A stretch of DNA of 63,482 bases, counting the filler, from Squatina squatina (Eukaryota), in NCBI GenBank assembly GCA_031763465.1. It is 3 parts of 3 records of this genome, joined end to end, with 100 filler letters (N's around TTAATTAATTAA, not from the genome) between each part and the next. Parts side by side here need not be neighbours in the genome. Positions count along the whole stretch, not along the records: positions 43,829 to 63,482 come from JARFOE010000072.1; 2 more parts are not named here. The stretch is one strand, 5' to 3'. Within the stretch, counting starts at the first letter, position 1, and the number at the start of each line of letters is the position of its first letter. Shown in pieces: positions 49,181-62,189 of the stretch. Below the pieces are notes generated by a model. That model was not told the DNA's origin. It saw only the letters and a program-made list of their open reading frames with translations, and searched no databases. Both the position numbers and the translations under genes were made by a program.

Positions 49181-52100
49181 ATCTTGTCAGCTCACAATTT
49201 TCTTCATCTGTATTGAGACTTACCTCTGCAGTGATATTACAATATCAGTTATAAGTCTCTTGCTGTTTTCAGCAAGTTAGCTCACTTTCCCCGCTGGTAT
49301 TTGTTGACATGTGATAGCAGTGAGACTGCCAGGAGGATTGGAATCGTGCTGTGTTATAATCCCTGTTCCCAGTGATGATCATGTGGCCCAGAGAGAATGT
49401 AAATGACGTGCAATTATCTAACTATGAAATTACAATTCACAGGCCTGCTAGCTGTGAGTGAGATTTGTTTGATCCCTGCCTGTGTGAATAATGATGCGTC
49501 ATTGATTACATAGAAATAAGTTGATCACCATACAACTGCAGCATGTTAATTAGAAAACCTTTCTTTGGTACTACTTCTTGCCACTTATAAACTGACAATT
49601 TCTTCCTTGTTGAAGTTGAGAGTATCTCTTATTTCCTTCCTCCTGGGACACTCTGCCTCCTGTTTTGTGTGAAAATTGACTGCAAATGGCAACGTGCATC
49701 ATTACCATGTGTTAGCGTCTGCTCTCCATGTTCACCCTGAATGATTGATGATTTATGCTTCATTCCAATGTTCCCAGATTTGCAACTTAGCTGCAAATCA
49801 CAATAAACAGAGCTCGAGATGCAGTGAATTCGCTCTGAAATACAAACTGTTAAGAATCTGCTGCTAAAAGATTTGTTTTTCAATTCAATCAAAAGAGGAG
49901 AAAAATAAAAGAAACAAACCAAAATTTATGATGACTGAATGAAGTGTTCTGATAAGCTGACACAAACAGATCGGTCCATTAAAGCACTGCAGGAGGATTG
50001 TGGCATGTTTATGGGACATGGGTCGACTGTTTTTGGGTTGTCCGCCTGCATGGGCATATGTGAAAGGTAACCATGTAAGATAACAAAAAGAAAAATGTAG
50101 CCTTAAGCCAGGCAAGTGTTCCAGTCTTAGCAACTTGTTCACAATGCCAACAGACNNNNNNNNNNTCAACAACCCGAAGAACAAAAGCTCAATTCATTCA
50201 TTTTCAGTGCAGTGTGGAAGCAGTGTTTCTCCGATCACATTCCTCCTGTTTATCATATTCCCTCTCTTTCAGCTCAACTGCGAGGCTCGTTAACATGCTT
50301 TTTAGCCACATTAATGTACCTCATCAAATTTTTTAATCACTTTAAATGTGAACTATCATGCAGGTTCACGCTATCCTGTATCATTCCCACTCTCAAACTT
50401 TAAATGATACTGCAATATTTTCAACGTGTTGTAAAGAAGCTAATATAATAACATTATTCTTGCAAATTATGTGACTATGATTTAAAATAGACTAAAGTAC
50501 ATCTTTGGTTTATTGTGCCAACCATAATGGTTTAATGGCAAAAATCCATTCCCCCCCGCCGCCGCCCCACCCCCCACGAACATTGTGGATGAGGCTCATT
50601 GCCAGGACTAGCAGAGACTCAGATGTGGCAGGGGTTTCTTTCTGCGCCTGTTTGTTGAATGTGACAGCTGGTGAGCGGTTGACCATTTCAGCGCATCTTA
50701 TTATCTATTGCTCCTGTTGGCTGCCAAGCTGGATTACGAATTCTTGGGGGCCTTGGGCACCAAGAAGATTTATGGCCCCTCCACCTCACCTGCAAAACCC
50801 CCTCTCCCCTTGATCCATTATAACCTAAAAGTGTATTAAATTGAAGAAATTGGCTCACAGAATGCTTACACACCACATCAATAATATCACAATACACAAT
50901 GTTTAAATGAAAATTAAATCAAATCACAATACACTAAGCTTAAATGAAACGTATTTGCACAGGGCCCTTGGGCCCATATGCCCATGCGTTCCTTCATCCT
51001 TGAGTGACAGTGACGCCTGTGAGAAATTTGTCTGTTCTTCCAGCTAAGGGCTACAGGTAAGAACTGAGGGAGGAAAATCGGAGGTGGTGGTGGGGGAAAT
51101 GTGCAAATGGGTAACCAATCCAAGCATAATTCTCCTTCAAGTTAAATGGACCAATCCACTTCTCATCTCCCCCAGGATAAAAAAAAACCCTCTAGATTTA
51201 CAGTAATATAAATACAAATCCCAATACAAAGTTTAACCANNNNNNNNNNNNNNNNNNNNNNNNNNNNNNNNNNNNNNNNNNNNNNNNNNNNNNNNNNNNN
51301 NNNNNNNNNNNNNNNNNNNNNNNNNNNNNNNNNNNNNNNTCCTGCTCCTATTTTCTATGTTTCTATGATTGGCCTCCCCGCCCAATGTTCCTGGACTTTC
51401 CTTCATTATACTGAGCAATAGAGCAAAGGTCAATCCAGCCACAAATATACAGAAGGATCTAATGCCTAAGGAAAAGCGAGTGAGAAAATCTTTTCTGGAA
51501 TATTCCATTTGAATTTAGATTTCCTACTTTGTTTCCACCACTTCAAATTTTATGTTTGACATTAAAGTAATTCATTATGTTTCAACAGATGCTCATTAGT
51601 AAGTAAATGGGAGAATTTGACATCAATGGGCTTAAAGGTACTTTAAGGTTTGCCAGTATCGGGTGCCAGCTTCAAACACTGGAAGACAGTGCGAGAAAAG
51701 GCAAGAATTTCTTTGAGAAACAGAAAATAATTCCAATGAAAAGAAAAACACCAAAAAAGTTTTCTTCCAGTTTCCTGCAGCTGGGCCCTGAAGTGAAATC
51801 AGCTGGCTAATATTTTGGCCAACATAATGTTGAAAATTGGCCTCTAACTCCAGACAGTGGAGTATCAAAAGAGTCGACACAGCTATGGTGCTACTGATAG
51901 CTCAAAACAAAAGAGGCAGCTGATGTTTGAATCTCAGTGTGGTCTCTTCACATCCTCTTCTTTGATATAACAGTTCAAAGCAATAGACTAAACATTTAAC
52001 CTTTTACACAAACAATAGCCACCTGACACATCGCCAGAGCAATCAAAGGTTAACTAGCATATAATACAATGTGCGTGGGTTGTGACAGGTTAGATCTGAC

Positions 52101-52373
52101 ACCAGCAAATAAGTCCTGGGTTTTGACGGCCAACTGTGAACTTGGCTGTCAATAGAATATAAAGACACCAGCATTCAAAAACAGAAACCTTTCATTGTAC
52201 CTCTTTCCAGCCATTGACTTCTTTTCCAGAAAGAGGCTGTGGCAGCCTACTTGTCGTGTCCGTCAGTTCTTGCACCAACATATTGACTCACCCTAAATTC
52301 CAGAAGTGACCTATGCAATCCATCTTAAACCTTCCGCATGCCAATCACAAACATAAGGATGCACAGTCCTTAT

Positions 52374-53094
52374 GGGAATGGTAGCATAGTGGTTATGTTA
52401 CTGGACTCACAATCCAGAGATGCAAGTTCAAATCCCAACTAGGACAGCTGGGAAATTTAAAATAAGTTAATTAAATAAATCTGGAATTTAAAAAAAAAGC
52501 TAGTATCAGTCCTGAAACTGTCAGGGTGTCGTAAAAACCCATCTGATTCACTAATGTCCTTGAGGGAAGGAAACCTGCTGTACCTAAATGTGACTCCAGA
52601 CCCACAGTAATGTGGTTAACTCTTAACTGCCTAGCAAGCCGCTCAGTTGTAACAAACTGCTATGAAAAAGAATAATAAGAATAAAACCAGACGTACCACC
52701 TAGCTTCGACCGTGGCACTGGCTATAGGTATGACAACGGCACACCCAGCCCAGTCAACCCTGCAAAGTTGTCCTCACGAACATCTGAGGACTTGCTAAAA
52801 TTGGGAGAGCTGTCCTGCAGACTAGTCAAGCAACAGCCAACAGTCATACTCACAGAATCATACCTTTCAGCCAATGTCCCAGACTCCTCTATCACCATCC
52901 CACCAGTAGGACATATCCGCCACAGTGGCATACAGTCGGAAACCCTGGGACTCCTCAACATTGACTCCGCCCCTCCCATGAAGTCTCATGGCTTCAGGTC
53001 AAGCATGGGCAAGGAAGCCTCCTGCTGATTACCACCTACCGCCCTCCCTCAGCTGATGAATCAGTACTCCTCCATGTTGAACACCACTTGGAAG
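52374..53094 (+). mobile_element. Non-LTR retroelement 5' end: tRNA-like head followed by an APE-endonuclease ORF remnant
   Basis: A box tagcatagtgg, stem-loop ctgga-ctcacaa-tccag, B box agttcaaatcc; downstream KLGELSCRLVKQQP.VILTESYL...SSITIP (APE motif I/II). Confidence 0.65.
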
Positions 53095-53262
53095 NNNNNN
53101 NNNNNNNNNNNNNNNNNNNNNNNNNNNNNNNNNNNNNNNNNNNNNNNNNNNNNNNNNNNNNNNNNNNNNNNNNNNNNNNNNNNNNNNNNNNNNNTGCAAC
53201 TCACTAAGCCAATTCCAAAAGTGTAGACAAATCTATCTAAGAAATAAAAGTGCTGAAAATAA

Positions 53263-53988
53263 AGGGGGCCCAATTGGCTACCTGTGGTAGCGCCAAATAG
53301 TTGTGCTACCCAGGTGCTAAATGGCAATTTAAATAATTTATGTAATTGGCACGGCGCCCTGGCTGCGCTAAGGCCTGCTGACTGGGGATGCCATTGGCGC
53401 CGTTGTAAGGTGCGCGACGACATCAAGTTGCACGTTGACCCCTTTTTGCATTGCCAGGGAGCCACGGCTGGAATTGGCGCGCGGCTTGCCAGCAAGGCTC
53501 CCGTCGGTGATAGCGCCACCAGCCACCATGTTTTTTCATCGGTCGTGTTTACTGTCGGCCAATGTTTGGCAGCCAGTTAGCCACCATCGCCGCTGCCCCC
53601 ACTTGCCAGCACGCTCTCTGCCATGCCGGCATTTTGTAGGCCCCCAGCCCGGTTCACTGGTGGCCCAGTGATGTGCCCTGAGGCTCCGTTACCTCAGCCT
53701 GCGGCCCTCCCCTTTAAGGCAGGGGGCAGGGCTGTGGCTGATGCAAGTGCGCTGAGTTCGATAGCGTGCTGCCGACACAAGCCCGCACCCCCCAGCAAAT
53801 CACCGGTTCAATGCCGGGTCAGTGCCATGTGGCAATGCTTCATTAGCATTGCCACATTGTGTTGACCCGGAAATGAGGCAAAGATCCCAATTCCAGGTCA
53901 GAACACATCGCTCCAGGACCGGCGCATACACAGCAAGACCCAGACCAATGCAGCACCCCATTCCGACGCTCTCCAATAGGGGGCCCTG
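53263..53988. mobile_element. GC/CpG-rich non-autonomous DNA transposon (Harbinger-like TIRs)
   Basis: Left end ggggcccaattgg, right end ccaatagggggccc; sharp GC contrast with flanks. Confidence 0.5.
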
Positions 53989-54654
53989 GGTGTCTGAAAT
54001 GGTAAGAGTTCCATTTCCCTAGCATCACTTATCTTGGAACGCTGTTGGGAAAAAAAATCTATGATGAGGGCTGTCAATTTTTTCCAGCAACGTCTGGAAG
54101 GTTTTTCATCCATGGAATTCCACTGCCTAGCAGGTTATGAAAGCTTGTATAAACAAAGTTGCTCTGTTCATGTAGCTGACAAGAAGAAGCTCTTGAGTAG
54201 TTCTGGTTCTGTTATCCAGTAATTCCACATGCATTCCTCATCAGTCGTACAGATGTACACGTTGTGCCTGGCATTTTGGTAGGTATGTTGAATTGTTTTA
54301 ATGATTACAATATACAACTGCAGCTGCCAGAACTGGTAGTTTATTAGGAAGCAACAATTGGGATTATAAATTTTCTGCAAAAGTAATGAAAATTATATTT
54401 ATGTATATCCTTGAGCGTTACAGAATTTATTATTTGACTAAATCAGGTTTCCCAGAGTTAGCTTCAGACAGCTTCACTTTTGAAGAAAAAGAATGAAAGG
54501 ACTTGCATTAATTTGTTGACTGGAAGACAGATACAGAGCCAGTTAACTTCACTTAGTTTTCTCCATCTGCTTCTGCATTACGGACTACAGGCCTGTCAGT
54601 TCCCAACTCTTGACTGCCCTGCTCCTTCCCTATTTTTGGTTCCCCCAATCTTCT

Positions 54655-55331
54655 CTTAGGCATTCCCTCGGGTGCGAGGATGACTTGCTTCCACTCCGGG
54701 GTTGTGGGTTCTGAGGTGGCTGAAAAGTCCGATGTGGGATCCGCAAACACGGCTGCAGGTGGGACAGGTGGTGCTTGATAAGGCGAGTGGCTGGGATGCT
54801 CGTGTTGCTGCGCGCTCCTTACGCAGCCGACGTTTGGATTCTGCGTGCTCCCGCCGGAGAGACTTGAAGCGGTTGGCGCCTTCATGGCTGTTTCTTTTCC
54901 ATTGTGAGTGATCTTGGACCACGGATTCCCATGTGTCAGTGGAGATGTTGCATTTTTTTCAATGAGGCCTTGAGGACGTCCTTGTAGTGTTTCCTCTGCC
55001 CTCCTCGCAGACGTTCAGAGTATAGTGCCTGTTTCGGGAGTCTTGAATCAGGCATGCGGACGATGTGACCCGCCCATCGCAGTTGGTTGAACGTGACCAG
55101 TGCCTCGATCCTAGGGATGTTGGCCTGAGTGAGGATGCTGACGGTGCATTTGTCCTGTCAATTGATTTGCAGGATTTTGCAGAGGCAACGTTGGTGGTAT
55201 TTCTCTAGTGCTTTGAGGCATCTGCTGTACAGTGTCCATGTCTCTGATGCGTACAGGAGGGCAGGTACCACTGCTGCCCTGTAGACCTGGAGCTTGGTGC
55301 CAGGTCTAAGATCCTTGTCTTCAAACACTCT
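54655..55331 (-). mobile_element. RTE-clade LINE 3' fragment
   Basis: RVFEDKDLRPGTKLQVYRAAVVPALLYASETW...; C-terminal CPTCSRVCGSHIGLFSHLRTH zinc finger. Confidence 0.85.
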
Positions 55332-58175
55332 ATTACTCCATTAGATAACGGATATATGACCAATTGAAAGAAAAGTTCCTAGGCATTGTAATGGACTCTT
55401 TAAACTTTACGCCATATTTTTCACCAGGTGCATAATTGACCTGTGAAAGTGGATAGGTGAATTCCAGATAAAGGGAAGAGCAATTAAGATCACATTTTTT
55501 GATAGAAAGAGTCATTCTAATTTCACTATCAGGGGAATAAATGATCATTAAGGTGTTCATTTTATAGCTAAATAATAAAAAATACTGCAGTTGATTTGCT
55601 TTCAGTGTTAGTCCTCTCCCCAAGCACTGTGCAGAACATTCCTGTGTAATATTACTTTGCGTGCGCTGTTTAAGAAAGAAAAGTTGCAATATTATTTGTT
55701 AAAAGATGTTAGGAAGAAAATGGCCTCGGAGATCTGTTTTCTGCCATAGTCTGTCTACAGGGTAATGTTATCCTTTCATATCTAGGATTATAGTTTGCAC
55801 TGACTTCAAACACCATTGTAAATCTGTGCTTTTATTTGGCAGCTATTACAGAATTTAAGCAAAATAATTTCAGGCCATTTTATTCCAGTCCCATTGGGCA
55901 TGTATTTAGAGTACAAAATTCCCATCGAGATTCAAAACTGGGGTAAATATATCAATGCAAAAACCCTGAGTACATTCCTCAATTGAACGAGAAAATACTA
56001 ATGGTCATAGCTTTAAACATTCTAATAGAATAATAAATGTATGAGAGAAAACGAACATAAACAGGTTGGATGGGATTATTTACATTAATTGCATCAATGG
56101 AGCTGATCAAATTTCTATAATTGATACTAATGACCAAATTTGTGTTTGAAAAGCAAAAATGCTTAAATGTCAGTGCTTGTGNNNNNNNNNNNNNNNNNNN
56201 NNNNNNNNNNNNNNNNNNNNNNNNNNNNNNNNNNNNNNNNNNNNNNNNNNNNNNNNNNNNNNNNNNNNNNNNNNNNNNNNNATGAACTAGCACAACAGGG
56301 CAATGTTTCAAAATGTAATTTAAAAAAATTTTGCTTCAAAAATATTCCTTGATATATTTGAAAGTGGTAACATGGTAAAGTTTGATTAATACAGCTGAAA
56401 ATGGGTATTTCACAAAATATATGCATTTTAAGTCAGTGTCAATCCACCTGTGAGTAATCTTTTTAAATTTTAAATGACTGAAAATAACTTTAGAAAATAT
56501 GCAAGAACTATTTTCTAGTTAGATTGGGGTCCAGTAGTCAGTTCCTTTGTAAATTGTAAAAAAAATCATTCAAAACCTTTCAAAATGTACTTATTAGTGT
56601 CCTTACGCCAAAAGGCCCAGCTTAATTTCTGGAGCCTCCTCAAAGGCATGCAAACGAGTGCATTTAATGGAAACTCCAAATGGTGATTAGTTCAGGCTGG
56701 GGGCATGGCCAGTTTTGTGGGCGATGTCTTTAAAACTAGCGCAAAATATTGGGGAATCTAGAGTTGCGCTGAAGGCAATTTGCGCTTAAAACTCAATTAA
56801 CTTTTGCACCAGTTACGCCGATGTCAGGAGAATTGCGTCAAAAAAAAGCACAATCAAGCAGGAACTCCAAGCCCAAGTGCCTTTAGGATCACAAGCCTTT
56901 GCTTTCCATCATCATTGGAAACACCAACATAACAAAACCATTTCTATTAGTACATAATAAAGATAAATCAATAATCTACACTGAAATAATTAAACAAATC
57001 AACAGAAACAAATTTCATTGTAAATAGCATGCAACACGAGGGGCATTTCTACTCTTAATGCAAGACTGGGTACAGCCTGGTCTTAGAACGCAATAAAAGT
57101 GACCCCTTTTTTCTCACTATCCCATCTTTCTCTGCAGGAGGTTAACCAGTGCCTCAATTATGGGCTAGCTTTTAATCTTCATCGTTTGAGCGGTAAGGGC
57201 AGGGCAGATTGCATGCCCTTGATAGAATCCATTGAAATCAATGGAAGCAGGTAGGTTCTATAAAACTGCATGCGATCCGCCCAGCCAGTTTCCCACCCAG
57301 GTGCTAAACATCTACTCTTAATTGTCAAGATGTAGCTGGATAGTATTGCCTCCTTCAGAAACAACAAAGCTAAGATACACTTTTGTTTGTGCATCTGTTC
57401 CCAGCAGCCAGACTCCAATTTATTAGGTTTCAAATAAGTTTTATCGAGCTTATATATTTTTAAGTGGTTTACAATAGTGTCTGTATAACTACCCAGTTGA
57501 ACCTGTCTTGAGGGAGTAATTAATTTCCATCTGGTAGCTTAGTTTTAAGCAGTAATTTACGAGAGAGTGAAAACCCCTGGAAAGAGGTTGTTCTAAAAAA
57601 AACAGCTGTTTCAAAAAAATCAAATTTACTATGTATATCAATATTATTCATAGACGTGTTAAAAGAACCGTTTTAAAGTTAATCCTATCCTGTTTATTCA
57701 ATAAAAAGTGATTCATATCCATTGAAATGCTGAATCCTTACCTCTGTTTTTAGACTTGAGGTCTGGCAGTGATTAATACTCAAATTAGTCCTCAGTTGGA
57801 CATTGGCTCACTTGTCAGAAATAAACTTCTTTAATTTTAAAATTTGCCCTCTTATTTAAGTGAAACGGTATGGACATTAACAGCTATAGCAAGATGCTAA
57901 AAGGGAGAGCAATNNNNNNNNNNNNNNNNNNNNNNNNNNNNNNNNNNNNNNNNNNNNNNNNNNNNNNNNNNNNNNNNNNNNNNNNNNNNNNNNNNNNNNN
58001 NNNNNNNNNNNNNTCACATAGATGCTTGAATGCAAGCAGAGGGGGTCATGCATAAAACTGATTTTGTACTTAATAACTAGTATTCACTTGCCCATCTGAA
58101 CCATTTAAAATAAAAATCACACTTTCTCCATGTTTATTGCACATTTTTGAAACAAATACAAAAGACAGCAGGTAC

Positions 58176-58765
58176 CTGGAGCTCTTGCTTTTTCTCAGCC
58201 TGTCCCCAGCACTCATATTGTACAGAGATAGGGCTTTTACTGAAGCAGAGATGCAGCTTTCAGACAAAGACCACGAGAGGATGAGTCTGATGGCGCTTTG
58301 GATCTCGAACTTGGTGCACTTGGAGTGCACGACACTCAGGCGCTGCGCCTCCCTGGAGATCCTGATCAGGGCTCTCCTCAGCAAGAAGGACAATCTCCTG
58401 ACAGCTTCCTGAGAGAAGAGCTTTCCACACTCCCCGGGCCTCCCTTTCTTCAGAATCCTCCCAATGTCTTCGTCCGTCCATGGGAATTCCTCCAGCTCGG
58501 GGAGCCGGGGGCATTTGAAGAAGATGTCGTTGACCTCGGGGTCCTCTGGTAGCACCGTGTTGACGGTATCCCAGCTGTTGTTGCGGCTGTTCATGGAACC
58601 CGAAAGGTACCACCAGTTGCCTCTGTTGTGGGTGGACTGGAAGGCTTGGGAGTTCGATCTGGACGAGGAGAGACTGAGAGACCTGCAGGAATCTCCTGCC
58701 CCATAGCCCGAGTCCAAAGTCAGATCTTCCAGCGTCTTCAAGGTGGAGTTGTACAATCCCGCCAT
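58176..58765 (-). CDS. ABTB2: ABTB2 first coding exon (includes H2B-like histone fold)
   Basis: [35 protein letters not shown]...[16 protein letters not shown]...[15 protein letters not shown]...KSKSSR then cag|gtacct donor. Confidence 0.92.
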
Positions 58766-59065
58766 TGTGCAAGAGGCGCAGTTTGGAAGTGTTTGCACAA
58801 GTCCAAGCCAAGTCAGTTGGGATGGGGTGCTGTCCAACTCCTTTCTTCACGACATAAAGCGCAAAGTACTCCTTTGGGCTTTCTAATAGTGCAAACCACT
58901 GTACTGCAAGGATGTCAGCTATGGAACTCTATCCACATCTGTAACAGTCCTCTTGCTCTAAGCGNNNNNNNNNNNNNNNNNNNNNNNNNNNNNNNNNNNN
59001 NNNNNNNNNNNNNNNNNNNNNNNNNNNNNNNNNNNNNNNNNNNNNNNNNNNNNNNNNNNNNNNNT

Positions 59066-60403
59066 AGAGGAGACCTGCGGTCTGGAATTAGCGTGGGGCT
59101 GCTGACCATTCCTCTGTCCCTTGCTTTTGCAGTCTGTGCTGGAGAACCACCTATTAATGGTCTCTACACAAGTTTCGTTACCACAGTCTTATATTGCTTG
59201 CTTGGCACAACACAACACCTATCCTACGGAGCGTCTGCATTCACTGGTCTGCTCATTGCCAAGAGCACAAGCCATATTGAAACTCAGGAACCTACTTCTG
59301 ACAGCGAATGTTCTGCAAAATGTTCACGAGAACTTCATGTGGTTACCCTCACCTGTGTTTCTGGAATTGTTTTAATTTCTATGGGAATTTTTCGCCTCAG
59401 TTTCCTAAGAACTTACATCTCCAAGCCTGTTATGAATGGCTTCAAAGCTGGAGCAGCTTTGCATTTATTAGTCATCCTCCTGACTGTATTACTTGGTATT
59501 GATGGGCCAATTCATCATGGTCCTTTATCACTTGCCTATACTTTCAAGGCCATAATTGAAAATATTAATAAAATACACATTGCCTCAGTGATTACTGGTT
59601 TAACCACTTTGGCATTTCTGATGCCTTTTAAAGTAGTTAACTATATTTATAGTAGGCATCTCATACCTATAGAGTTTATTGCAATAGCTGTTTCCATTTG
59701 CTTGTCATTCTGGCTGGAACTAGAGNNNNNNNNNNNNNNNNNNNNNNNNNNNNNNNNNNNNNNNNNNNNNNNNNNNNNNNNNNNNCCTTCTTTCTCCTTA
59801 ATATCCAGTGTTGCTGCAGATGCTGTTACTGTTGCACTGGTGACCTTTGCAGTTAGCATTTCACTAGGGAGTGAAAACTCCAAAAAACACAACCAAAGTT
59901 ATCACCCACATCAAGAGACCATTGTTTTAGGGTGTTGTGACCTGCTGCTCTCGTTTCTGGGTACTTTTGCAGCTTCTGGGGTTTGGGAACAAACTGTGGT
60001 ACAAGAAAAAGCCTGGGGTCAAACCCAAGCCGCAGGGCTGGTAGCAGCAAGCCTTAGTCTTACAGCTCTGCTGTGTGCGGAGACTCTGCTTCCACTGGTG
60101 CCCAAAGCAGTTCTTGGCGCTATTGTGATTTCAAATCTGGGGTGTTATTTCGAGTTCTCCTGGAAGTACTGTTTTGCATGTAAGAAGAGCAAATATGAGT
60201 TTGCAGCTGGAATTGTAACATTTATAGCAGTTTGCATACTAGGCATAGATATTGGTTTAGGAGTTGGCATAGTTTTCTCAATTTTGCTCACTCTACACAG
60301 ACTTCAGAGGCCTTTGATTGCCATTTTAGGCCATATTCCCAATACAGAAAACTATACAGACTTGTCCATTGAGAAAACTGCCAAAGAAGTAGTTGGAATG
60401 AAA
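59066..60403 (+). CDS. Partial intronless, divergent SLC26/SulP-family membrane protein (TM domain and STAS start), both ends in gaps
   Basis: GDLRSGISVGLLTIPLSLAFA...GLYTSF...LGTTQHLSYG; YISKPVMNGF; QETIVLG; VQE..GQTQAAGL; PKAVLGAIVI; QRP...LGHIPNTENY; no stops in the visible sequence. Confidence 0.88.
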
Positions 60404-60503
60404 NNNNNNNNNNNNNNNNNNNNNNNNNNNNNNNNNNNNNNNNNNNNNNNNNNNNNNNNNNNNNNNNNNNNNNNNNNNNNNNNNNNNNNNNNNNNNNNNN
60501 NNN

Positions 60504-61015
60504 GGTGCCGGGTTTGAGGTCCTTATCTTCAAACACTCTTTTCCTCAAGTGGCTGAAGGCTGTGCTGGCACACTGGAGGCAGTGTTGGATTTTGTTGCCA
60601 TGTCTGCCCTCACTGAGAGCAGGTTCCCAAGGTATGGAAAGTGATCCACGTTGTCCAGGGGCTCGCCATGAATCTTGATAGTCGGAGGACAGTATTGTAC
60701 GGCTGGGGCAGGACCTTTGCCTTGCGGATGTTTAGTGTGAGGCCCATTCTCTCGTACGCCTTGGTGAGTAAATCAATGATGAATTGGAGCTCAGCCTCCA
60801 AGCGTGCACACACACAAGTGTCATCTGCCTACTGCAGTTCGATGATAGAGGTTGGGGTGGTCTTGGTTCTGGACTGGAGGTGGTGGAGGTTGAACAGTTT
60901 CCCACTCGTCCTGTAGATTAGCTCCACTCCAGCAGGAAGCTTCATGGAGATGGGATGGAGTGTTGCAGCGAAGAAGATGGAGAAGAGCGTCAGTGCCTTG
61001 CTTGACCCCAGGCTT
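60504..61015 (-). mobile_element. RTE-clade LINE RT fragment
   Basis: GVKQG..., Q*ADDTCVCARLEAELQFIIDLLTKAYERMGLTLNIRK, LRKRVFEDKDLKPGT. Confidence 0.85.
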
Positions 61016-62017
61016 CATATTGAAGCACAGGTGACAGCAGAATGACAGCTAAAATTTCTGAAATTTTTAATCTAAAAAGGGGAACAGAGGGACATCCAGG
61101 CAAAGTGCAGGTGAAATTAAAGATATATAAAATGAGTTTAATCCCCTTTGTGTTCTATTTTTCAATTCACTTCTAATATAACTGATTTACTGCACTTTAA
61201 GGTGCAAATAGTTAAATTATTTGTAAAAATAAATCCTTATTGTAATCTGTTTCTGGTTATGCCTTTAGATAGACAATGCAGTGTCCTCAATCCATCTCAG
61301 GTGGCTTTGTTGAGGAATGCTGGGAGTGGGACATTCACGCCAAGTCACCAGCAGTGCAACTTTCTCCTTGTCGGAGAGCAGTTTACTTCCATATCGACCC
61401 CATCTTACAAAGTGAAGGCACAGCTGGAGTGAGAGGAACAAAAGGTGGCGTCATAATAGACCCTTTCGTGTTCCTTTTTTTTGCTGTTGAATACCAAATA
61501 ATAGCATACTAAGAGAAGCTTGATTTCAGATCCAATATCAGGTGTTTCACATTAATATTTCTTCTGGTTTATCAATGGTAATCAGTTGCCTTAGTTTGCA
61601 GCCAACTTGGGGATTTCAGCCTACCTTTGATGCTGACATCCATTGCAGTGCTATGCAAGGTAGACAAGACTATTTTGTTTTACTGGCGCAGTCCTGAGCT
61701 TTAAGTTTATGCCCCATCATTCTGTTGTAGGTCAACAGAAAGTAAAATCAGTAGTTACAGCAATCTAGTACAAAATAGGCAGCAATTTTGCACTGTGGAC
61801 TCATGCCCACCAGGAACTGGGTTGCGACTACTCCAAACTCATTTCTTATTGTCACCATACAGAGACAGAGGAGAAAGGGAGGAGGAGGAGAGAGAGAGAG
61901 AGAGAGACTTCCATTTCAAGAGTCATATGTGGTTTCAGCAATACACCAATGGTATGCTGACACCCAATCTCCCATCGTAACCATCTCTACTGTATATTCA
62001 TAACAACATAACACTTA

Positions 62018-62182
62018 ATGAGGGTCATTTTAAATGTTGTAGCCGGGCAAAAAAGGGTGATAGTGAATTGGCTGCCTGCTTTACACTACTGGAAAATTAA
62101 ATTGAGAAGGGTGTAAAACTGGAGGCCGATTCATTATTGCCTGTTTTTTACTTGGGGATAAGAGTTAAAATTACACCCAAAG
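62018..62182. mobile_element. Degenerate palindromic MITE
   Basis: gggtcattttaa..aaaaaagggtgatagtgaattggc..ttacac mirrors gtgtaa..gccgattcattattgcctgtttttt..ttaaaattacaccc. Confidence 0.55.
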
Positions 62183-62189
62183 TGATTCT

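Noticed and set aside
52374-52445. tRNA-Val(CAC) gene
   Set aside because: Acceptor and T stems do not pair properly and the sequence runs into a repeat body; it is a retroelement head
58628-60517. 629-aa ORF suggesting an N-terminally extended SLC26 overlapping ABTB2 antisense
   Set aside because: The ORF caller read through 100-N gaps; the first ~110 aa are antisense ABTB2 exon/UTR sequence from a different contig
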